Below are positions 20,538-28,106 of a DNA stretch of 64,000 nucleotides, one piece after another (position 1 is the first letter of the stretch; each line of letters starts with the position of its first letter). A model generated the notes under the pieces. It made no database searches. It saw only the letters and a program-made list of their open reading frames with translations, and was not told the DNA's origin. Source of the DNA: Minisyncoccota bacterium (GTDB lineage: Bacteria; Patescibacteriota; Minisyncoccia; Phycocordibacterales; UBA9973); assembly GCA_041664605.1 (NCBI GenBank), contig JBAYKO010000002.1, forward strand, positions 7,453-71,452, in the 5' to 3' direction. The translations under genes and the position numbers were made by a program.

Positions 20538-20789
20538 TTAATCAAAAACAATCTTTAATTGAAACGAGTCTCGAGAAAGTAGATTCCATCTATTAACCAT
20601 TTCGTATGGATCATTACCACTAATCGAATAACCGCATATATCGCAAGATATATATCCCTCATCAGGGGCACATCCATCATGTGTTAAATTTCTTGAACCA
20701 CACCTAGGGCAACCACGATAACCATTTTTATCTAGTATGGCACCAGAAAAGATAGCTTGAGCTAATTTTATTTGGTCATCATAGTTCAT
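20538..20789 (-). CDS. Small zinc-ribbon protein resembling Lar-family restriction alleviation proteins (83 aa)
   Basis: CPRCGSRNL...CDICGY...YEMVNRWN matches the Lar pattern CPFCG...C..CG...A.EAWN.R. Terminator downstream at 20507-20533. Confidence 0.35.
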   Translation of the reverse strand: MNYDDQIKLAQAIFSGAILDKNGYRGCPRCGSRNLTHDGCAPDEGYISCDICGYSISGNDPYEMVNRWNLLSRDSFQLKIVFD

Positions 20790-20928
20790 ATTATTAACTA
20801 TTAAATTTTTCTTCCTTTATCTTATATTTCTAGAGATATTTGTCAAAACCCGTAAATGAGCTCGGGGCAAATTAAAAACCGTTCCAACCTGAGTTGGAAC
20901 GGTTTTTAAAGAACAAAATTGAGAGAAA

Positions 20929-21444
20929 TTAATCATATAATTTTTCAAAGGCTGGAATCCAATAATTTTTTAAAAATCGTGCATAATAACCACAGAGCCC
21001 ACGGTCAAAAGCTATGTATTCTTTTTTTACTCCGTACAAAGTACAAAGCAAAAATGAAGTAATATTTGCCTTAGAACGATTACTACGGGCCGGATCGTTT
21101 TCAAAACTCTTACAGGCCATGCGGTAACTTTCGGCCAATATTAAAATCACGGCTGATTCTTCTACTTTTTTTAAAGAAAGATGAAGAGCATTAAAATCAA
21201 CATTATAGTTAAGATTGAAAACTTTAAGATGGTGTTCTTCTGGGCCCGGATCATAAGAACCAATAAATAACCCTTGAGCCAATAATTCCCTTTTTACTAA
21301 AGACAGTTTTTTGCGGTAAACACTGTTTATGTAAGAAGTGTAACTTTTAAGACATTCTCCTGCTTTTTTCTTGCCATGAGACAAAACTTTTACTTTATTG
21401 TTTTCAAAAATATCAAACAATTTGTCGGTAGTTTCAGTAGCCAT
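20929..21444 (-). CDS. Hypothetical protein (171 aa)
   Basis: ORF between rpsG and fusA; terminator at 20877-20906. Confidence 0.45.
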   Translation of the reverse strand: MATETTDKLFDIFENNKVKVLSHGKKKAGECLKSYTSYINSVYRKKLSLVKRELLAQGLFIGSYDPGPEEHHLKVFNLNYNVDFNALHLSLKKVEESAVILILAESYRMACKSFENDPARSNRSKANITSFLLCTLYGVKKEYIAFDRGLCGYYARFLKNYWIPAFEKLYD

Positions 21445-21521
21445 TTAATTAATATTTATCAAATTTCAAATCTATCTACACATTACATCATAGATATATT
21501 TTGTCAATATTTTAAAAAATC

Positions 21522-21558
21522 CCCCACCAGAGGCGTGTCGGCCTTTGCGGGGGATTTT
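21522..21558 (-). terminator. Intrinsic terminator after rpsG (aaaaaatcccccaccagaggcgtgtcggcctttgcgggggattttt)
   Basis: GC stem GGGGGATT/AATCCCCC with a T run; separates rpsG from the inserted genes. Confidence 0.6.
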
Positions 21559-21577
21559 TAAATTATTTAAATTAAGA

Positions 21578-22048
21578 TTACCAAGCAAAGTGAGCGAATG
21601 CTTTGTTGGCTTCAGCCATTTTATGAGTATCGTCTCTTTTCTTAATAGCTGCTCCTTCGTTTTTACTTGCTAGGATTAATTCATCTGCAATTCTTTTATC
21701 CATTGATAAACCCTTTTTTGCTCTAGCTGCGGCAATAATCCATCTCATTGAAAGAGTAAGTCTTCTTTCTGGTCTTACTTCTTTTGGAATTTGATAGTTA
21801 GCACCTCCAACTCTTTTTGTTCTTACTTCAAGTAAAGGACCAACATTTTTTATGGCTAAATCAAAAACCTCAAGAGGATTTGGATTTCCTGTTTTTTCTT
21901 TTATTATTTCAAATGCTTGATAAACTGCTTTTCTAGCGGCATTCTTTTTTCCTGACCACATTAAGCAATTTATAAACTTAGATAATTTTTGTGAATTATA
22001 AACTAAGTCTGGCTGGGCGATATTTCTATTTTTTACTTTTCTTCTCAT
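21578..22048 (-). CDS. rpsG: 30S ribosomal protein S7
   Basis: 156 aa MRRKVKNRNIAQPD..., uS7. Confidence 0.92.
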   Translation of the reverse strand: MRRKVKNRNIAQPDLVYNSQKLSKFINCLMWSGKKNAARKAVYQAFEIIKEKTGNPNPLEVFDLAIKNVGPLLEVRTKRVGGANYQIPKEVRPERRLTLSMRWIIAAARAKKGLSMDKRIADELILASKNEGAAIKKRDDTHKMAEANKAFAHFAW

Positions 22049-22089
22049 TTTTTATTGTCCGTCACGCCAGCTATAAGCGTTAGGATTAA

Positions 22090-22515
22090 TTATTTTTTAT
22101 CTCCTTTCTTTGGTCTTTTTGCACCATAAGAACTTCTGCTTTGTCTTCTATTTTCAACTCCTGTAGTGTCCAAAACTCCTCTCACAATGTGATATCTTAC
22201 CCCGATTAGGTCTTTAACCCTTCCGCCTCTTAACATTACAACTGAGTGTTCTTGTAGATTGTGACCAATTCCTGGAATATACGCGGTAACCTCTTGTCCA
22301 TTTGTAAGACGAACTCTGGCAATCTTTCGAAGAGCTGAGTTAGGCTTTTTAGGAGTTGTTGTTGTAACTTTAATACACACACCTCTTTTGAATGGAGCAT
22401 TGTATTTTACTGGTCTATTTTTAATACTATTAAAACCGCTTGCAAGTGCAACCGCTTTAGATTTCTTTGAAACTTTCTTTCTTCCTTTTTTAATTAATTG
22501 ATTTACTGTTGGCAT
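22090..22515 (-). CDS. rpsL: 30S ribosomal protein S12
   Basis: 141 aa with [13 protein letters not shown]...[10 protein letters not shown], uS12, plus a short C-terminal extension. Confidence 0.95.
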   Translation of the reverse strand: MPTVNQLIKKGRKKVSKKSKAVALASGFNSIKNRPVKYNAPFKRGVCIKVTTTTPKKPNSALRKIARVRLTNGQEVTAYIPGIGHNLQEHSVVMLRGGRVKDLIGVRYHIVRGVLDTTGVENRRQSRSSYGAKRPKKGDKK

Positions 22516-22587
22516 AATTAAACAATCAGTCTCGAAAGACTAGTAAGAATTACTTTACTATTTTAAGTAAAAAAAAGCAAGCCCGCA

Positions 22588-22675
22588 CACTTATTTTACT
22601 GTTGGGTGGCTTTTTTAAGCTCAAATTTTTTCTAATTCTATTAAAAACAACAATAAATAAGTGTGTGGGTAAGTT
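22588..22675. repeat. Hairpin repeat (arms GCCCGCACACTTATTT / AAATAAGTGTGTGGG) upstream of rpsL
   Basis: About 15-bp inverted repeat. It shares the 10-mer GCCCGCACAC with 57317-57326, next to tRNA-Gly. Confidence 0.5.
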
Positions 22676-22837
22676 TTTGTGGATAATAACCCTTGAAATC
22701 TTCCCCAAAAACACTAAAAAGAGTAGAATTAGGACAAAGATCGAGTTTACAAACTTTAAAAATTGATTTCTTAAGTCTACGAGAAATCACCTGTAATATT
22801 TACCCGCCTTTGGCTGGGACAGGTAAAAATTAAAAAT

Positions 22838-23047
22838 ATGAAAACTAAAGATTGTTTTTGGTCTATTGTCGAATTTGCTCTTTGGGTATGGGTTACTTAT
22901 TACTTCTTTTATATGTTGCAAAATCTTTATGAAATAAATTTAATTGAAGCGTCTTTCATATTGGTTATTTCAACATATTTTGCAATGATGGCTTGCCCTT
23001 GGTTAAGAAAAACTAGTGCATGGAAAGAACTTTGGAAAAAAGATTAG
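22838..23047 (+). CDS. Small 69-aa two-TM membrane protein
   Basis: Hydrophobic helices; followed by terminator 23083-23107. Confidence 0.4.
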   Translation: MKTKDCFWSIVEFALWVWVTYYFFYMLQNLYEINLIEASFILVISTYFAMMACPWLRKTSAWKELWKKD

Positions 23048-23112
23048 TAGATATAAAATCTAAAAATAAAAAACAACCCCCACTAAAGCATAGTGGGGGT
23101 TGTTTTTTATTT

Positions 23113-23751
23113 TTAGACGCCTGTTATAAAGTGAAAAATAACATAAATTAGAGGGGCAAAATATTGCCAAAGGAAAAAAATAAAGAAAAGTAAGACAAAT
23201 ATAGAATACTGCTCTAAAAATATTTCAACTTTTCTATATTTATAAGAGAGAAAAGAAAAAAGAATTTTTGAACCATCAAGTGGAGGAATAGGAATAAGAT
23301 TAAAAAATCCAAGTAAGATGTTTATAAAAACAATCATTTCTAAAATACCTTTAAATGAATCTGTAACAGGGAAAAATCTTATTATGAGGCCTAAAACTAT
23401 AGCTAATATAAAATTGGATATTACCCCAGCAGAAGCAACAATTACTGTACCCCATTTTCTATCTCTTAGATTAGCAGGATTATAAGGAACTGGACGAGCC
23501 CAACCGAAAATCCCACCGTTCGTTGTTAAGGCAAAAATGAAAGGCACTGCAACTGAGCCAATAGGATCTATATGTTTTAGTGGGTTCAAAGTTAATCTTC
23601 CAGCTCTTTCTGCTGTTTCATCGCCACAATATTTTGCTGCATATCCATGAGATATTTCATGAATTACCACAGACATAATAAGTATCACTACTTTAAATAT
23701 AATATCTATTACTTGCATATGATTGTCTCTTATGTTAACATAATTTAACAA
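23113..23751 (-). CDS. Site-2 protease family (M50) zinc metalloprotease, short form without PDZ
   Basis: HEISHG HExxH motif in a TM helix, LNPLKHID motif, polytopic membrane protein. Confidence 0.75.
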   Translation of the reverse strand: MLNYVNIRDNHMQVIDIIFKVVILIMSVVIHEISHGYAAKYCGDETAERAGRLTLNPLKHIDPIGSVAVPFIFALTTNGGIFGWARPVPYNPANLRDRKWGTVIVASAGVISNFILAIVLGLIIRFFPVTDSFKGILEMIVFINILLGFFNLIPIPPLDGSKILFSFLSYKYRKVEIFLEQYSIFVLLFFIFFLWQYFAPLIYVIFHFITGV

Positions 23752-23776
23752 AATAATAAAAATTCGTATGGCGACC

Positions 23777-23878
23777 CCGCCCTAATTTTGACATTTAGAT
23801 TAAGGTGGTAAACGAAATGAATTAAGTAAATTATAAATTTTAAAGATAGATAGATTGAGCATCAAAATTAGGGCGGGG
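23777..23878. repeat. Perfect 17-bp inverted repeat (CCCCGCCCTAATTTTGA ... TCAAAATTAGGGCGGGG) with a 68-bp AT-rich loop
   Basis: Arms at 23777-23793 and 23862-23878 are exact reverse complements; it lies between divergent M50 and rpmB. Confidence 0.75.
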
Positions 23879-23913
23879 TGCTCATAAAATATATTCGCTA
23901 CGCTCATTATTTT

Positions 23914-24159
23914 ATGGCAAAAACTTGTGCAATATCTAAAAAAGGATCAAAAGTTACTGGAGGATACAGTAATCGTGTTCGTGCTACAAAATTTAACCCG
24001 ACAGGAAAAGTTAGAAAATATCCTAATATGCAAAAGAAAAGAATCTTTGTTCCAGAATTAAATAAAACCGTAACTGTAAATATCTCAACAACAGGAATCA
24101 GGACAATAAACAAAAACGGTGCTTATGTTACTCTAAAAAAAGCTGGTTTAATAAAATAA
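23914..24159 (+). CDS. rpmB: 50S ribosomal protein L28
   Basis: MAKTCAISKKGSKVTGGYSNRVRATKFNPTG matches bL28. Start taken at the internal ATG 23914 (the ORF track begins at 23878). Confidence 0.85.
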   Translation: MAKTCAISKKGSKVTGGYSNRVRATKFNPTGKVRKYPNMQKKRIFVPELNKTVTVNISTTGIRTINKNGAYVTLKKAGLIK

Positions 24160-24203
24160 AATTCACTTTATAATAAAAAACTCTATTTATATAGAGTTTT
24201 TTA

Positions 24204-25097
24204 TTATTTTATTTTTAGAATCTCCCCGTCTGTTTCAAACTCAATTGTTCCGACATCAGCGGTGTTAAAATAATTAATTCCTCGTTTCTGAAGTCTATCT
24301 AATGTTTCTTTATGTGGATGCCCATAAGAATTATTTTTACCTGAAGAAATAACTGCATATTGCGGATTTACAGATTCTAGAAATAATTCACTGCTTGAGG
24401 TTTTTGATCCGTGGTGAGCCAATTTTAAAACACTAGCTTGTAAAGAATTTTTATAATGATTAAACATATAAGCCTCTGTAATTTTGGGCGAATCGCCAGT
24501 AAACAAGAATGATTCATTTCCATAAATAAGCTTGGCAACAACAGAAGATTCATTGCTGTCTAGATCAGAAACATCTCTATCAGGAAATAAAATATCTAAA
24601 TGAATACTATTTTTTTGATCCAAAATAATTTTTTGCCCTGTCCTTGCTAAAATTTTTTCTGTTTTTTGTTTTTTAAAACCAAAAAGTGAAATCTTTTGAG
24701 TATTTATTAGATTTTCTAATTCAGCATAAACTTTAGAAGTAGAGGTATTTCCAGATTCTAAAATCTTCCCAACTTTATAATTCTTTAAAACAAAAGGAAG
24801 TCCGCCGATATGATCTTTGTCTGAATGAGAAACAATTATTGCATCAATGGTTCTATCATAAAATGGCATTACTTCACTTAATTTTCTTAAAACTTTTTTA
24901 TCAGGACCACCATCAATTAAAATTTGATAACCATTTGGTGCTTCAATAAAAATACTATCTCCTTGTCCCACATCCAAATAATAAACTTTTAAATTAGTAT
25001 TGTTTTCTGTAACATAGATTTCTCGCCAAATAAAAATTCCACCAATAACCAGTGTTAAAATTAAAATCGGCAATAAAAATTTTCTAAATTTTTCCAT
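24204..25097 (-). CDS. comEC: ComEC C-terminal metallo-beta-lactamase domain, as a separate membrane-anchored ORF
   Basis: N-terminal TM helix, then an MBL fold with AIIVSHSDKDHIGG (HxHxDH) and LAHHGSKTSSS motifs. Confidence 0.75.
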   Translation of the reverse strand: MEKFRKFLLPILILTLVIGGIFIWREIYVTENNTNLKVYYLDVGQGDSIFIEAPNGYQILIDGGPDKKVLRKLSEVMPFYDRTIDAIIVSHSDKDHIGGLPFVLKNYKVGKILESGNTSTSKVYAELENLINTQKISLFGFKKQKTEKILARTGQKIILDQKNSIHLDILFPDRDVSDLDSNESSVVAKLIYGNESFLFTGDSPKITEAYMFNHYKNSLQASVLKLAHHGSKTSSSELFLESVNPQYAVISSGKNNSYGHPHKETLDRLQKRGINYFNTADVGTIEFETDGEILKIK

Positions 25098-25147
25098 ATG
25101 ACTTTATAAACCCTGGTAGTATAAAAATTTATCGAATGTATAAATTT

Positions 25148-26659
25148 TTAACTACGGGGCATGCTTTCTACTTTATAACTTTTTAAATATGGTTTTAATA
25201 AATAAAATCCCAAAGCTAGATAAATTATTAAAACTAAAATCAATGGGAATTTATTAATTGTAATCGAAGAAAAACCAAGTGAGGCTAAAAATTTAACTAC
25301 AAAAAGTTCATAGTGAAGTAATAAATATGAAATTGATGAAAATGGAAAAGCTAAAATTGTCGAAACAAAACCAAAAACCCCGGTCAAAAGTCCAAAAAGC
25401 ATAGTGGCTGGAATAAATGGAAGGATAAGTAAGTTTGCTGGTAATGAAACAATGGAAAGAATTCCCATCTTATATAAAATGAAAGGTAAAACGAAAAATT
25501 GAGTGGCTAGGGTTGCTGAGACTAATTCTCGTAAACCAAATTTTTTTGGTAAAAACATTAAGTGTTTTTCAACCCTTGGTGTTAAATAAATAATTCCAAT
25601 TGTCGCTAAAAATGAAAGTTGAAAAGATACATCAAAAGCCAAAATCCACGGATTTTGCAAAAGCATCAAAAATCCAACAATAAAAATTGCTCTGGTAATA
25701 TTTGAACTTCTACCAAGTAAACGAGCAACTAATACTAGTATCGCCATAAGTGATGCACGAATTACTGTCGCACCAGCACCAGTCATTAAGGCAAATAAAA
25801 TTATTGCCCCAATCCCAAAATAAATAGAAAGGGTGATTGGCAAAAAGCCAAAAAACTTCATTATATTTTCTGCAACAATTGTCACGTTATAACCAGATAA
25901 AGCAATCACATGAATTGTTCCAGTTTTCACAAAATCTTGTTTCAAATCATCACCCAGCGATTGCTTTGTTCCAAGTAAAATTCCTCCCATAAAAGATGCT
26001 TCTGGGTCAGGAATTGTTCTTGAAATAATATTTAAAAATCCATTTTTTAATCCTAAAAGTCCACGCATTATAAAATTTCCATTTCCACGAGAAATAATTT
26101 CAATTTTTGGATAATTGATTTGATAAAAAATTCCATCTTTTCTTAAATATGAAACATAATCAAAAGTCTGGCCATTTTCATTTTCAAAGTTTGATGGAAT
26201 TTTTAAGGTTCCGTTTATTTGTATTCGGTCCCCATAATAAAAAGTCGGAAACATTTCAGTTGTAATTAAGGCTTTTGAGTTTACGAGAATTTCTTTATTC
26301 TCAACAACGACATTTTCTAATTTAACTTCTAGTTTTATATTTTTATCTCTTTGATCTGGCTCATCATTTATTGTTCCAATTAAAGAAACTTTTGAATTTA
26401 TAGAATTGTTTAAAACCTGATCTCCATTATTTAAATCAGAAATATGAAACCTTAAAATTCCTAAACTTAAAGCTATTAGAAAAATAGCTATAAAAAAAGC
26501 TGGCTTTTGTGTTTCTTTAAACAAAAAATGGAGCAGAAAAACTATCACTGAAATCAGAGCTAGAAAAATAATAACTGACCATCCTAAATTAAAAAATGAC
26601 CGAAACAAAATGCCCAGGGCAAAACCTATCACAAAAATGTAAAGTTTATTAGGATTCAT
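25148..26659 (-). CDS. comEC: ComEC/Rec2 competence channel, N-terminal polytopic membrane portion (DUF4131 + Competence domain)
   Basis: 503 aa with many TM helices; it ends 50 nt upstream of the MBL ORF. Confidence 0.75.
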   Translation of the reverse strand: MNPNKLYIFVIGFALGILFRSFFNLGWSVIIFLALISVIVFLLHFLFKETQKPAFFIAIFLIALSLGILRFHISDLNNGDQVLNNSINSKVSLIGTINDEPDQRDKNIKLEVKLENVVVENKEILVNSKALITTEMFPTFYYGDRIQINGTLKIPSNFENENGQTFDYVSYLRKDGIFYQINYPKIEIISRGNGNFIMRGLLGLKNGFLNIISRTIPDPEASFMGGILLGTKQSLGDDLKQDFVKTGTIHVIALSGYNVTIVAENIMKFFGFLPITLSIYFGIGAIILFALMTGAGATVIRASLMAILVLVARLLGRSSNITRAIFIVGFLMLLQNPWILAFDVSFQLSFLATIGIIYLTPRVEKHLMFLPKKFGLRELVSATLATQFFVLPFILYKMGILSIVSLPANLLILPFIPATMLFGLLTGVFGFVSTILAFPFSSISYLLLHYELFVVKFLASLGFSSITINKFPLILVLIIYLALGFYLLKPYLKSYKVESMPRS

Positions 26660-26696
26660 CTAACTTTATAAACTTTTTACTTTATAACTTTATACT

Positions 26697-27419
26697 CTAA
26701 AAACCCCATTCCTTTAAAATTTCTTTTTCTTCTTCAGCACTTTTTGCTTTTTTATATTTTACTCCAGAAACTCCTTTAACTTTTTTCTCACACTCTGCCC
26801 AAGTTTTCCATTTATAAATTTTCCCTTTAATTAAACTGAGATATGAGTAGGCTGGCCCAATATTTTTCTTATTTTTTGTCGGTGGTTTTTTTTTGCTTAC
26901 AATATCATGAAAATAAATTTCAAATTTTTCTTCATAGTCTTTTAGTTTTCCTTCATATAATTCAACTGGTTTCATCATAGCGAAACTCGTAGCGATAACA
27001 TCAGCCCTTTCATTTCCATCTACTCCACTGTGCCCTTTTATTTTCTCCCATTTTATCTTGCCTAACTTTAATCTCTTTTTATTAACTAAAGAAAGTTCTT
27101 GCCATAAATCTTTATTCAAAACTTCATTTTTGTCTTTTGTGATCCAATTATTTTTTTCCCAACCATAAATCCAACTAGTTATTCCGTTTAAAACATAGGC
27201 TGAATCTATATATATTAAAACATCTCCTTTTTTATTTCCTAAATATAAAAGTGCTTCTACAACAGCCCGTATCTCCATTCGATTATTAGTAGTATGTTTT
27301 TCCATTCCACCAAGTTCATTTATTTTATTTTTTTCTGAATCACAGATAATCGCCCCAAAACCTCCCGGCCCTGGATTTCCAAGTGAACTTCCATCAGTGA
27401 ATATTGTAAACTTTTGCAC
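26697..27419 (-). CDS. rnhA: Ribonuclease HI with a C-terminal hybrid-binding (Cauli_VI-like) domain
   Basis: N-terminal core TDGSSLGNPGPGGFG...NNRMEIRAVVEAL...HSGVDGNERAD is RNase H1. The C-terminus YKWKTWAECEKKVKGVSGVKYKKAKSAEE matches the HBD consensus (Y..W.EC...V.G..G..YK.F...EEA). Confidence 0.8.
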   Translation of the reverse strand: MQKFTIFTDGSSLGNPGPGGFGAIICDSEKNKINELGGMEKHTTNNRMEIRAVVEALLYLGNKKGDVLIYIDSAYVLNGITSWIYGWEKNNWITKDKNEVLNKDLWQELSLVNKKRLKLGKIKWEKIKGHSGVDGNERADVIATSFAMMKPVELYEGKLKDYEEKFEIYFHDIVSKKKPPTKNKKNIGPAYSYLSLIKGKIYKWKTWAECEKKVKGVSGVKYKKAKSAEEEKEILKEWGF

Positions 27420-27449
27420 TTAATTATTGTATCATATTTTTAATAAATG

Positions 27450-27490
27450 TATTGTCAACAAACTTTGCGATAGCGAAATTTATTGACAAT
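27450..27490. promoter_or_regulatory. About 40-bp palindromic site (TTGTCAACAAACTTTGCGATAGCGAAATTTATTGACAA) overlapping the -35 of the 27518 gene; an inverted copy sits at 28036-28076
   Basis: TTGTCAA...TTGACAA arms. The TTGACA-17-TAAAAT promoter ends 5 nt before the ATG. The right-hand copy is TTATCAATAAACTACGCTATCGCGAAACTTATTGATAA, and they share the GCGATAGCG core. Confidence 0.6.
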
Positions 27491-27517
27491 AGTAAATTTA
27501 TAAAATAAAATATAAAC

Positions 27518-28003
27518 ATGACTATTATAGAAAAAATATTAAATGAAATAGAAAAAACTTCTTTAAATTATAAAGGTGTTAGGGTTAATCTTTTAGGTAT
27601 ACCTCAATTTAAGAAATATTCTCCAAATTCAATAAAAACAACATTGTCTAAAATGAAAAAAGATGGGTTTATTAAACAAAATGATAATAATTGGCAAGTT
27701 ACTAATTTAGGGAAAAAATATATTAAAAGAAAAGCAGAATCATTATTAAATTTTGAATCTACTTTTGCAAAAAATGAACCTAAAAATCTTATTGTTATGT
27801 TCGATATTCCTGAGCCACAAAAAGCGGAAAGGGATTGGTTTCGTTGGAATTTAAAAAAATTTGGTTATATTATGATTCAAAAAAGTGTTTGGGTTGGTCC
27901 ATCTCCATTACCAAAAGATTTTCTAGATTATTTAGAAAAAATAAAACTTGAAAAATCAGTTAAAACTTTCAAATTAGCAAAACCCTATAATTCTAAATCT
28001 TAA
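27518..28003 (+). CDS. wHTH + Cas2/VapD-like domain protein (PaaX-like architecture), 161 aa; no CRISPR array nearby
   Basis: The N-terminal ~85 aa is winged-helix-like. The C-terminus LIVMFDIPEPQKAERDWFRWNLKKFGYIMIQKSVWVG fits the Cas2 beta1-alpha-beta pattern (hydrophobic-YDI ... R..V...L...G.R.Q.SVF). The gene is flanked by inverted 40-bp sites. Confidence 0.4.
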   Translation: MTIIEKILNEIEKTSLNYKGVRVNLLGIPQFKKYSPNSIKTTLSKMKKDGFIKQNDNNWQVTNLGKKYIKRKAESLLNFESTFAKNEPKNLIVMFDIPEPQKAERDWFRWNLKKFGYIMIQKSVWVGPSPLPKDFLDYLEKIKLEKSVKTFKLAKPYNSKS

Positions 28004-28106
28004 ATTATATTTAAAAATGGTTTAAGTTTATTAATAATTATCAATAAACTACGCTATCGCGAAACTTATTGATAATTAAATTAGTAATATTAATTACAAC
28101 CATAAT

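Noticed and set aside
14139-21577. Integron-like cassette array in the str operon
   Set aside because: The inter-gene hairpins are short perfect GC stems with T runs (intrinsic terminators), not 60-130-bp attC sites. No intI gene or attI is present.
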